Assembly: GCA_964609165.1 (NCBI GenBank)
Contig: CAZSSE010000001.1
Span: forward strand, 1-26,349
Length of the DNA: 26,349 bases
From: an uncultured Lachnospiraceae bacterium
GTDB taxonomy: Bacteria > Bacillota > Clostridia > Oscillospirales > CAG-272
Direction: 5' to 3'
Below, piece after piece: positions 19,245 to 26,349 of the stretch. The position numbers and the translations under genes are program-made. The notes under the pieces are model-generated. The model searched no databases and was not told the DNA's origin. It saw only the letters and a list, made by a program, of their open reading frames with translations. Position 1 is the first letter of the stretch; the number at the start of each line of letters is the position of its first letter.

Positions 19245-20135
19245 ATGGAATATGTAACATTAAACAACGGTGTAAAAATGCCTATGCTCGGCTACGGCGT
19301 GTATCAAGTAACTAAGGACGAATGTGAAAGATGTGTGCTTGACGCCTTGAAGGTAGGCTATCGTTCTATTGATACAGCGCAGAGCTATTTTAACGAAGAA
19401 GAGGTGGGTAACGCACTTGTGAGGAGCGGTATTCCGAGAGAGGAGATTTTCCTTACCACAAAGGTTTGGATCGAGCACTACGGATACGATGAGTGCCGTG
19501 CCTCCGTATTGGAGTCACTTCGTAAGCTAAAGACCGATTATCTTGATCTTTGCCTCTTACATCAGCCATTCTCCGATGTTTACGGTGCGTACCGCGCGCT
19601 TGAGGATCTGATGGCAGAAGGAAAGCTCCGCGCTATAGGTATTTCAAATTTCTACGTTGATCGTATGGTCGATATTGCAAGCTTTGCACGTGTGAAGCCT
19701 GCCGTAAATCAAATCGAAATTCATCCGCACAACCAACAAAACGAGCAGCTTGAATGGCAGCATAACAAATACGGTATTCAGCTTGAAGCGTGGGCACCAT
19801 TTGGTGAGGGCAGGGGCGGATTGTTCGACCTTCCCGAGCTGAAAGCGATTGGTGAGAAATACGGTAAGACTCCTGCGCAGGTTATGCTTCGCTGGCATAT
19901 TCAGCGTGGTATTGTTGTAATTCCGAAGTCCACGCATATCGAGCGTATGGAGGAAAACTTCAATATTTTCGATTTTGAGCTGACCGAGGAAGATATGACC
20001 GTTATTGCGTCCCTTGATAAAAATCAGTCCTCGTTCTTCTCACATACCGATCCTGGTATGGTAGAATGGTTCTCTAAGATGGTTGAAGAACGCAAAAAGC
20101 AGCACGATAGCTCCAAAGAAAAGAAAGCGTGGTAA
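19245..20135 (+). CDS. Aldo/keto reductase (2,5-diketo-D-gluconate reductase-like)
   Basis: GYRSIDTAQSYFNE, FLTTKVW, DYLDLCLLHQP, IGISNF and IPKS motifs. Confidence 0.93.
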   Translation: MEYVTLNNGVKMPMLGYGVYQVTKDECERCVLDALKVGYRSIDTAQSYFNEEEVGNALVRSGIPREEIFLTTKVWIEHYGYDECRASVLESLRKLKTDYLDLCLLHQPFSDVYGAYRALEDLMAEGKLRAIGISNFYVDRMVDIASFARVKPAVNQIEIHPHNQQNEQLEWQHNKYGIQLEAWAPFGEGRGGLFDLPELKAIGEKYGKTPAQVMLRWHIQRGIVVIPKSTHIERMEENFNIFDFELTEEDMTVIASLDKNQSSFFSHTDPGMVEWFSKMVEERKKQHDSSKEKKAW

Positions 20136-20139
20136 GGCT

Positions 20140-20673
20140 ATGAAAAAAGTATTGATACTATCGGGAAGTCCCCGTAAAAACGGTAACTCCGACATCCTCT
20201 GCGATGAGTTCGCAAGGGGTGCAAAAGAAGCAGGACACGAGGTCGAGAAGATCCGTGTGGCAGAAAAGAAGATAGGGTTTTGCAGAGCCTGCTATGCTTG
20301 CAAGGATACAGGCGTATGCGCCATAAAGGACGATATGGCAGAGGTGATTCAAAAGATGATCGATGCCGATGTTCTCGTTCTTGCAAGCCCCGTGTACTTC
20401 TATTCCATTGATGCACAGCTTAAAGCTCTTATTGACAGAACGGTTGCCCGTTGGCTTGAGGTAAAGGACAAAGAGCTCTACTACATAGTAACGGCAGCCG
20501 ATGAGGAGCCTATGGCCGCTGACACCACTCTTGCTTGCTTCCGCGGCTATTCCGAGTGCGTAGAGGGAGCAAAGGAAATGGGCGTTATCTGCGGTATGGG
20601 AGCATACGAAAAGGGCGAAATCAAGGACAAGTCTGCAATGATCGAAGCATATGAAATGGGTAAGAAAGTATAA
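20140..20673 (+). CDS. Flavodoxin-fold iron-sulfur flavoprotein / NADPH-dependent FMN reductase family
   Basis: SGSPRKNGNS, CRACYAC-x5-C cluster motif and ASPVYF. Start at ATG 20140, not the ORF-track 20083. Confidence 0.88.
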   Translation: MKKVLILSGSPRKNGNSDILCDEFARGAKEAGHEVEKIRVAEKKIGFCRACYACKDTGVCAIKDDMAEVIQKMIDADVLVLASPVYFYSIDAQLKALIDRTVARWLEVKDKELYYIVTAADEEPMAADTTLACFRGYSECVEGAKEMGVICGMGAYEKGEIKDKSAMIEAYEMGKKV

Positions 20674-20698
20674 ATGTTAAATTTAAATCGGAGGGATT

Positions 20699-21091
20699 AT
20701 GAAACGTGTATGTGAATTTTTAAAAAATGCAGGTGTTTACTATCTTGCAACAGTAGAGGGCGATCAGCCCCGTGTCCGTCCGTTCGGCACGGCGCATATT
20801 TTTGAGGATAAGCTCTACATTCAGACAGGCAAGGTAAAGCCAACCTCAAAGCAACTTGCGGCAAATCCAAAGGCAGAGATCTGCGCCTTCAAGGACGGCG
20901 CGTGGCTTCGTATAGCGGGCGAGCTTGTAGAGGATGACAGAGCAGAAGCGAGAAGATCGATGCTCGATGCATACCCCAATCTCCGCGCAATGTACGACGA
21001 GAACGACGGAAACACGCAGGTATTCTACTTCAGGAATGCGACGGCAACCTTCAGCTCGTTTACTGCGGCACCCGAAACGATTAAGTTCTGA
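20699..21091 (+). CDS. Pyridoxamine-5'-phosphate-oxidase-like FMN-binding split-barrel protein
   Basis: YYLATVEGDQPRVRPFG...KQLAANPKAEICA...WLRIAG pattern. Confidence 0.85.
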   Translation: MKRVCEFLKNAGVYYLATVEGDQPRVRPFGTAHIFEDKLYIQTGKVKPTSKQLAANPKAEICAFKDGAWLRIAGELVEDDRAEARRSMLDAYPNLRAMYDENDGNTQVFYFRNATATFSSFTAAPETIKF

Positions 21092-21173
21092 AAAATAGCT
21101 TAATATACGAAAGATAAAAATTGCCGCCGAGAAATCAAAAGATACCGACGGACGGGCAGCAACAACGAGTTGC

Positions 21174-21202
21174 TTGACAATTTGAATGTACCACGGTATA
21201 AT
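21174..21202 (+). promoter_or_regulatory. Consensus sigmaA promoter
   Basis: TTGACA (21174-21179), 17 bp, TATAAT (21197-21202). Confidence 0.85.
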
Positions 21203-21222
21203 GTTATCGAGGTGGTGATTAT

Positions 21223-21987
21223 ATGAAAACAAAAGATATTATTCTCGAACTAAGAACTAAAAAGGGGCTGTCTCAAGAAGAGCTTGCAGAAAAGGTCTTT
21301 GTAACCCGTCAAGCTGTTTCCCGTTGGGAAAACGGTGAAACGACACCAAACATAGAAACGTTAAAGCTGCTGTCAAAGCTGTTTGACATTTCGATCAATA
21401 CGCTTCTTGGTGCACCAAGGCAACTGATTTGTCAGTGCTGCGGTATGCCGCTTGAGGACTCATTTATAAGCAAGGAAAAAGATGGATTTCTCAACGAAGA
21501 ATACTGTAAATGGTGTTACGCTGACGGCGAATATATGTACAGCAATATGGACGATCTGATTGATGTTTGTGTGAAGAATATGGTCAGTGAGGAATATTCA
21601 GAAGAAGAAGTACGAGCATATCTCGAAGCTACTCTTCCAAAATTGGATTATTGGAAGCGATATAAAGAGCTTGGCGGCAATAAAGCATTTGATGAATTTA
21701 AAAAGCTTCTGATCGAAGAAATTAATGCTTTAAACATCGAAGGTATGCCAAGGCTGACAAAGCTCAACGGTCTTGTGGGCAGGTATGTCAACCTTGAATA
21801 TAAACTTCCAAACGGAAAAGCTGTAAAATATCTGGATGATAATGCTACATATCTCGGCAATCAGCTTGAATGTGAGTTCGGTGGAGGCAGATGCTTCGGG
21901 ATCGTTGCTAATATGGATTTTATTCTTATCTGTACATATGAAGAAAACGGTGAAAATCCCGAGCTTGTGTTGTATAAGAAAAGGTGA
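21223..21987 (+). CDS. XRE/Cro-C1 HTH protein with a zinc-ribbon domain and an uncharacterised C-terminal domain
   Basis: LSQEELAEKVFVTRQAVSRWENG, then CQCCGMP...YCKWCY, then a ~110-aa soluble domain. Confidence 0.85.
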   Translation: MKTKDIILELRTKKGLSQEELAEKVFVTRQAVSRWENGETTPNIETLKLLSKLFDISINTLLGAPRQLICQCCGMPLEDSFISKEKDGFLNEEYCKWCYADGEYMYSNMDDLIDVCVKNMVSEEYSEEEVRAYLEATLPKLDYWKRYKELGGNKAFDEFKKLLIEEINALNIEGMPRLTKLNGLVGRYVNLEYKLPNGKAVKYLDDNATYLGNQLECEFGGGRCFGIVANMDFILICTYEENGENPELVLYKKR

Positions 21988-22021
21988 ACATTGCCGACAG
22001 TAATATGATATAATAAACTTA

Positions 22022-22043
22022 GATATAAATAAGAATTTATATC
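22022..22043. repeat. Perfect 9-bp inverted repeat with a 4-nt core
   Basis: GATATAAAT-AAGA-ATTTATATC. Confidence 0.7.
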
Positions 22044-22079
22044 CATAAAGCTGTATGCTGCAATGTGACGGATAGTGTC

Positions 22080-22108
22080 GTGACTTTTTGTGGTAGCTAT
22101 GTTATAAT
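22080..22108 (+). promoter_or_regulatory. Putative promoter of the second XRE gene
   Basis: GTGACT, 17 bp, TATAAT (22103-22108), with TGn extension. Confidence 0.55.
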
Positions 22109-22136
22109 GAACTCACAAAATAATGAACTCACAAAA
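22105..22136 (+). repeat. 16-bp tandem duplication
   Basis: TAATGAACTCACAAAA x2. Confidence 0.9.
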
Positions 22137-22152
22137 GTAAGGAGGTTACATT

Positions 22153-22644
22153 ATGACTTTTGGCGAAAAATTAAAGAAGCTGCGAAATGACAATCGGCTT
22201 ACTCAAGACGAGCTGGCAGAGAAGATCTATGTTACGAGGACGGCTGTCTCAAAGTGGGAAACAGATAAAGGATATCCGAGCATAGATAGCCTGAAACAGC
22301 TATCAAGTCTCTTTCATATCAGCATAGAGGAGTTAATATCCGATACAGATATTGAGAATAAGCGATTGCTTGACGAAGCGCAAGGACGCAAATTTTATTG
22401 GGGTGCTATAGCTTGTCTTGCCACGGCAACAATAAGCTCACTAACGTACTATTTTACAAAGGTACCCTATCTCAATATTGTCAGCTTTTCGGGAGTGATT
22501 GGTTATATCGTGCTGGGATTGCTGTCCAAGCCAAGGTACAAAAGAATGGCTGCAAGAAAAATTGTGCTCCCGTATGTGCTTTCCCGATTAGTGATACTTG
22601 CTGTCATAATAGCGGTTATAGCTTACGCATTTATCAAAGCATAA
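22153..22644 (+). CDS. XRE HTH regulator with three C-terminal TM helices
   Basis: LTQDELAEKIYVTRTAVSKWETDKGYP followed by hydrophobic segments. RBS AAGGAGG. Confidence 0.88.
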   Translation: MTFGEKLKKLRNDNRLTQDELAEKIYVTRTAVSKWETDKGYPSIDSLKQLSSLFHISIEELISDTDIENKRLLDEAQGRKFYWGAIACLATATISSLTYYFTKVPYLNIVSFSGVIGYIVLGLLSKPRYKRMAARKIVLPYVLSRLVILAVIIAVIAYAFIKA

Positions 22645-22734
22645 ACAAATTCCAATTTATCAGGCTTAAATATTGTGGCGAGGCGAATGCACATAAAATA
22701 ATTTTACAACGTAGACATAAAAGGATAAAAGAAA

Positions 22735-23166
22735 ATGCGTAAGGTTATTTCTGTTCTTTTACTTCTGACAATTTCATTGCTGACTTTTTCAGCCTGTGGG
22801 GGTGGAAAAAACAATATTGAAGATTATACGTGGTCAATGAGTTCCGTAATATCAACAGAAAATGATCGAGCTATTATAGAAGCTTTGGGTGAGCCCGACT
22901 CTGCAAACCCACAAGCTAAGATCGTCGATATGACATTAACAGCCAAAGACGGGAGGATTGCTATAACAGACAACACAAACAATAAAATTTACGAAGGCAC
23001 ATATGCAATTAAAAGCAAGAACGCTGAAAGCACTATCTACAATGTTACTATTGACGGTAAAAACGGATATGCCACTGTCGCAATGACTAAATATGATGAC
23101 GAAAACGAAGAACCGACCATGCCGATAAATCTTGGCGAATATTCAATTTACTTCTATGCAAAGTAA
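22735..23166 (+). CDS. Hypothetical lipoprotein
   Basis: MRK, an h-region, the lipobox FSA-C and a GGG linker. No family recognised. Confidence 0.75.
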   Translation: MRKVISVLLLLTISLLTFSACGGGKNNIEDYTWSMSSVISTENDRAIIEALGEPDSANPQAKIVDMTLTAKDGRIAITDNTNNKIYEGTYAIKSKNAESTIYNVTIDGKNGYATVAMTKYDDENEEPTMPINLGEYSIYFYAK

Positions 23167-23240
23167 TATTAACATTCGTACCTCAAGTCATTGGAAGCAG
23201 TAAACAAAGAAAAAGCCCTAATGGCTAAGTACATAAAATC

Positions 23241-23276
23241 AGCACTCATCGTAAGAAAAACGGTGGGTGCTTTTTT
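23241..23276 (+). terminator. Intrinsic terminator after the lipoprotein gene
   Basis: AGCACTCATCGT/ACGGTGGGTGCT 12-bp stem (with GU pairs) followed by a T-tract. Confidence 0.75.
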
Positions 23277-23332
23277 GGGTAAAAAAGTGAATTATCGAAA
23301 AGAATATTTGCTTGAATTTTTTGTGTTTTCCC

Positions 23333-23376
23333 TTGACAAGCGGAGGAAGATGTGTTATAATCTAACTCGGTTAGAT
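23333..23376 (+). promoter_or_regulatory. marR promoter with an overlapping operator palindrome
   Basis: TTGACA (23333), 17 bp, TGnTATAAT (23356-23361), then ATCTAAC-TCG-GTTAGAT (23360-23376). Confidence 0.85.
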
Positions 23377-23424
23377 ATATGAGGTCTGACATATGATGTC
23401 AGATGTATAGAAGGGAGATCGCAC

Positions 23425-23886
23425 ATGGCAACACAGGAACAGATCGAATATATAGTGCGTGAGCTGCCGAAAGCACACCCCGCCAATTTTTTTAAGGTAT
23501 TCAATGACTCCAATACGGGGATAGGCTTTGCTATCAAATTGCTCTACTCGGCAGAGGGAAACCGATTGTCGGCAGGTGCTATCAGCGAGGCGATGGGCGT
23601 CAGTACGGCAAGGGTGGCAGTGCTTTTGAAAAAGATGGAGAGCAAGGGCTTGATTACTCGTGAGAGCGACAGGGCTGATGCACGAGTTACGGTGGTCTGT
23701 CTTTCGGAAGCGGGGAAAACAGCCGCCGAGCAAATGCAAGAGAATATGCTTGAGCATATTTCATATGTGATCGATCAAGTCGGAATGGAAAAGCTATTGC
23801 AGTTTATCGAATTGTCGGTAGAAGTAAAGATGGCAATGGCAAAGGGCTTTTTGCCGACATCCGGGCAGGTTGATGTAAAAGAATAG
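23425..23886 (+). CDS. MarR-family transcriptional regulator
   Basis: Winged HTH SAGAISEAMGVSTARVAVLLKKMESKGLITR...DARVTVVCLSEAG. Confidence 0.9.
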   Translation: MATQEQIEYIVRELPKAHPANFFKVFNDSNTGIGFAIKLLYSAEGNRLSAGAISEAMGVSTARVAVLLKKMESKGLITRESDRADARVTVVCLSEAGKTAAEQMQENMLEHISYVIDQVGMEKLLQFIELSVEVKMAMAKGFLPTSGQVDVKE

Positions 23887-23921
23887 CTCGGACTTCGGTC
23901 GGTTTATTTTTTAGCAAAAGT

Positions 23922-23934
23922 CTAACCAAGTTAG
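23922..23934. promoter_or_regulatory. Second MarR-type operator upstream of the ABC exporter
   Basis: CTAAC-CAA-GTTAG, with the same arms and spacer as the site at 23362. Confidence 0.65.
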
Positions 23935-24004
23935 CAAGTTTTGAGGTCGCATGGCGAAGGTCAAAATTTACGATCTCAATTTTTATATAACAGGAGGATA
24001 AAAG

Positions 24005-25765
24005 ATGATCAAACTACTGAAAAAAATGAAGCCACAGGATTGGTGCTATGCGCTTATCTGCATTGCATTTATTGTGGCACAGGTTTGGCTGGATATGACC
24101 ATGCCGGATTATATGCAGGAGCTTACCGTCCTGATAGAGACACCGAACAGCCAGATGTCGGAGGTGTGGCGCGCAGGCGGAATGATGCTGCTATGCTCGC
24201 TTGGAAGCGTTGCGGCGGCTATGATAACAGCGGTCTTCTCTGCACGCATCGGAAGTGATCTCGGCTTTGCTCTTCGCGGAAGTCTCTTCAAAAAGGTACA
24301 AACCTTTTCCATGGAGGAGATCAATAAATTTTCCACCGCAAGCCTGATTACCCGTTCTACAAACGACATTCAGCAGGTGCTTATGTTTATCGTTATGGGC
24401 TTGCAAATGCTTATCAAAGCACCGGTGACTGCCGTATGGGCGATTTGCAAGATAGCAGATCAGGAATGGCAGTGGTCGCTTGCCACAGCGATTGGAGTCG
24501 TTATCGTGCTGTCGGTCGTCGGAATCTGCATTACGCTGGTTTTGCCAAAGGTCAGAAAGATGCAAAGGTTGACCGATGACCTTAACCGTGTCACTCGCGA
24601 GAATCTGAACGGTTTGCGTGTGGTAAGAGCATATAATGCAGAGGAATATCAGGAAAACAAATTTGAGAAAGCCAATGAAGAGCTGACAAATACTCAGCTT
24701 TTTCAGCAACGCACTATGGCTTTTATGATGCCGACCATGATGCTGGTACAGAGCGGCTTGATGCTGGCTGTATATTGGATCGGCGCGGTATTGCTTAGCG
24801 GAGTAAATACATTTGACAACAGAGTTGCTATGTTCGGTAATATGATGGTCTTCAGCCAATACGGTATTATGATCGTTATGTCATTTATGATGCTGGTCAT
24901 TCCATTTATGATGCTGCCACGTGCTTCGGTGGCGGCAAAGCGTATCAACGAGGTGTTGGATACCGAGCCGACGATCCATAACGGCACTGTGACAGATGGC
25001 AAGCCCGGCGTTGTAGGTGAGGTTACGTTCAGAAATGTATCCTTCCGTTATCCCGACGCTGAAGAAGATGTGATACACGATATTTCCTTCACGGCAAGGA
25101 AAGGGGAGACTGTAGCCTTTATCGGTTCTACGGGATGCGGCAAGAGTACCGTTATCAACCTCGTTCCACGCTTCTACGATGTCACAGACGGAGAGGTGCT
25201 TGTTGACGGAGTTAACGTAAAAGAGTACGACGAGCATGCACTGCGGAATAAGATTGCATATGTTTCGCAAAAAGCAACCCTGTTCTCGGGAACAGTCTCT
25301 TCCAATATTGCATACGGAGACAACGGACAGTCAATGCCGACAGATGCAGATATTGCGGATGCGGCAGATACAGCGCAGGCAAGAGAATTTATCGAAGGCT
25401 CGCCCGAAAAATACGAGAGGTATGTTGCGCAGGGCGGTGCGAATTTCTCGGGAGGTCAGAAGCAGCGTCTTTCTATCGCGCGTGCGATTGCAAGGAAAGC
25501 CGAAATACTCATCTTTGACGACTCTTTCTCGGCTCTTGACTATAAGACAGACCGCGTGCTACGCAACACCTTGGATAAAAAATGCAAGGATACTACCAGA
25601 CTGATCGTGGCACAGCGTATCGGTACGATCAAGGATGCGGATCAGATCATCGTGCTGGACGAGGGACGAATGGTCGGTATCGGCAAGCACGAGGAGCTTA
25701 TGCAGAATTGTGAGGTATATCAGCAGATCGCTCTTTCGCAGCTTTCAAAGGAGGAACTTTCGTAA
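24005..25765 (+). CDS. Heterodimeric ABC exporter subunit 1 (TMD-NBD, degenerate site)
   Basis: Six-TM domain, Walker A GSTGCGKST, FSGGQ, Walker B ILIFDD and switch AQR (the TM287-type degenerate pattern). Confidence 0.95.
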   Translation: MIKLLKKMKPQDWCYALICIAFIVAQVWLDMTMPDYMQELTVLIETPNSQMSEVWRAGGMMLLCSLGSVAAAMITAVFSARIGSDLGFALRGSLFKKVQTFSMEEINKFSTASLITRSTNDIQQVLMFIVMGLQMLIKAPVTAVWAICKIADQEWQWSLATAIGVVIVLSVVGICITLVLPKVRKMQRLTDDLNRVTRENLNGLRVVRAYNAEEYQENKFEKANEELTNTQLFQQRTMAFMMPTMMLVQSGLMLAVYWIGAVLLSGVNTFDNRVAMFGNMMVFSQYGIMIVMSFMMLVIPFMMLPRASVAAKRINEVLDTEPTIHNGTVTDGKPGVVGEVTFRNVSFRYPDAEEDVIHDISFTARKGETVAFIGSTGCGKSTVINLVPRFYDVTDGEVLVDGVNVKEYDEHALRNKIAYVSQKATLFSGTVSSNIAYGDNGQSMPTDADIADAADTAQAREFIEGSPEKYERYVAQGGANFSGGQKQRLSIARAIARKAEILIFDDSFSALDYKTDRVLRNTLDKKCKDTTRLIVAQRIGTIKDADQIIVLDEGRMVGIGKHEELMQNCEVYQQIALSQLSKEELS

Positions 25766-26349
25766 TGGAAAAGAAAGAATATGAATTTGGTCAGGCACAG
25801 CAAAGACCGATGCGCAGAGGCCCCGGAGGACCGGGCGGAAGAATGGGTGCAGGAGAGAAGCCCAAGGATCTGGTCGGAACTTGGAAAAAGCTGCTTGTTT
25901 ATTGCCGCAAGTATATTGCTTTTATTGTAATCGCGCTTGTCTGCGCTATTGGCGGAACCGTGCTGACGTTGCTCGGACCAGATAAGCTCTCGGAGATAAC
26001 AAAGTATATTCAGGCAGGACTATTTGCTGGAAATGTCGATCTTGATGCTATTTTCAAGGTTGCTATCACGCTTGTTTGCTTCTACGCTGCAAGCTGGTTG
26101 CTATCTGCCGTTCAGAGCTGGATCATGGCGACCGTCACACAACGTGTGTCCCGATCCATGCGCGGCGATATTTCGCATAAGATAAACAGACTTCCCATGT
26201 GGTACTATAACCGTACCACAACGGGTGACGTACTCTCCCGTGTTACCAACGATGTGGATACGATCGGACAGTCGCTCAACCAAAGCATCGGCACGCTGAT
26301 CACGCAGATCGTGCTGTTCTTCGGAAGCCTGATCATGATGCTCATTACC
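25765..26349 (+). CDS. Heterodimeric ABC exporter subunit 2 (5' part, runs off the window; not in the ORF track)
   Basis: ATG overlaps the upstream stop (TAATG). It reads MEKKEYEFGQAQQRPMRRGPGGPGGRMGAGEKPKD...LLGP...GDVLSRVTNDVDTIGQSLNQS without a stop. Confidence 0.92.
   Translation, partial: MEKKEYEFGQAQQRPMRRGPGGPGGRMGAGEKPKDLVGTWKKLLVYCRKYIAFIVIALVCAIGGTVLTLLGPDKLSEITKYIQAGLFAGNVDLDAIFKVAITLVCFYAASWLLSAVQSWIMATVTQRVSRSMRGDISHKINRLPMWYYNRTTTGDVLSRVTNDVDTIGQSLNQSIGTLITQIVLFFGSLIMMLIT

Noticed and set aside
23191-23382. 63-aa ORF between the lipoprotein and marR
   Set aside because: It overlaps a terminator and the marR promoter/operator, has a TTG start and no RBS.
25100-25700. ABC subunit 1 lacking the catalytic Glu and switch His, as a sign of decay
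   Set aside because: This is the normal degenerate site of heterodimeric exporters (TM287/288 type).

Overview
Chromosomal window from a Clostridia-like Firmicute (inferred from gene content, GGAGG RBSs and sigmaA-type promoters). It contains no integrase, transposase, CRISPR array, rRNA or tRNA. Five blocks: (1) a PnuC-family transporter on the minus strand with a structured attenuator-like leader. (2) An HssRS-like two-component system followed by a tightly coupled seven-gene membrane-lipid operon (degV/fakB, fakA, plsY, DedA/TVP38, GT8, pgsA-like, cdsA). Both units carry a near-identical 18-bp direct-repeat box 9 nt upstream of a -10 element. (3) A divergent LysR gene facing a putative operon of a CPA2 cation/H+ antiporter, MgtC and an atypical F1Fo ATP synthase (atpBEF-A-GDC). 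The c subunit has a signal peptide and acidic linker, a delta C-terminal domain is fused to alpha, and there is no free atpH or atpI. (4) Small accessory redox genes, XRE regulators and a lipoprotein, punctuated by AAAT-N4-ATTT palindromes. (5) MarR plus a heterodimeric ABC exporter, truncated at the window end, with two matching operator palindromes. The best candidates for undescribed systems are block 3 and the regulon in block 2. All assignments come from motif recognition by eye; no searches were run.
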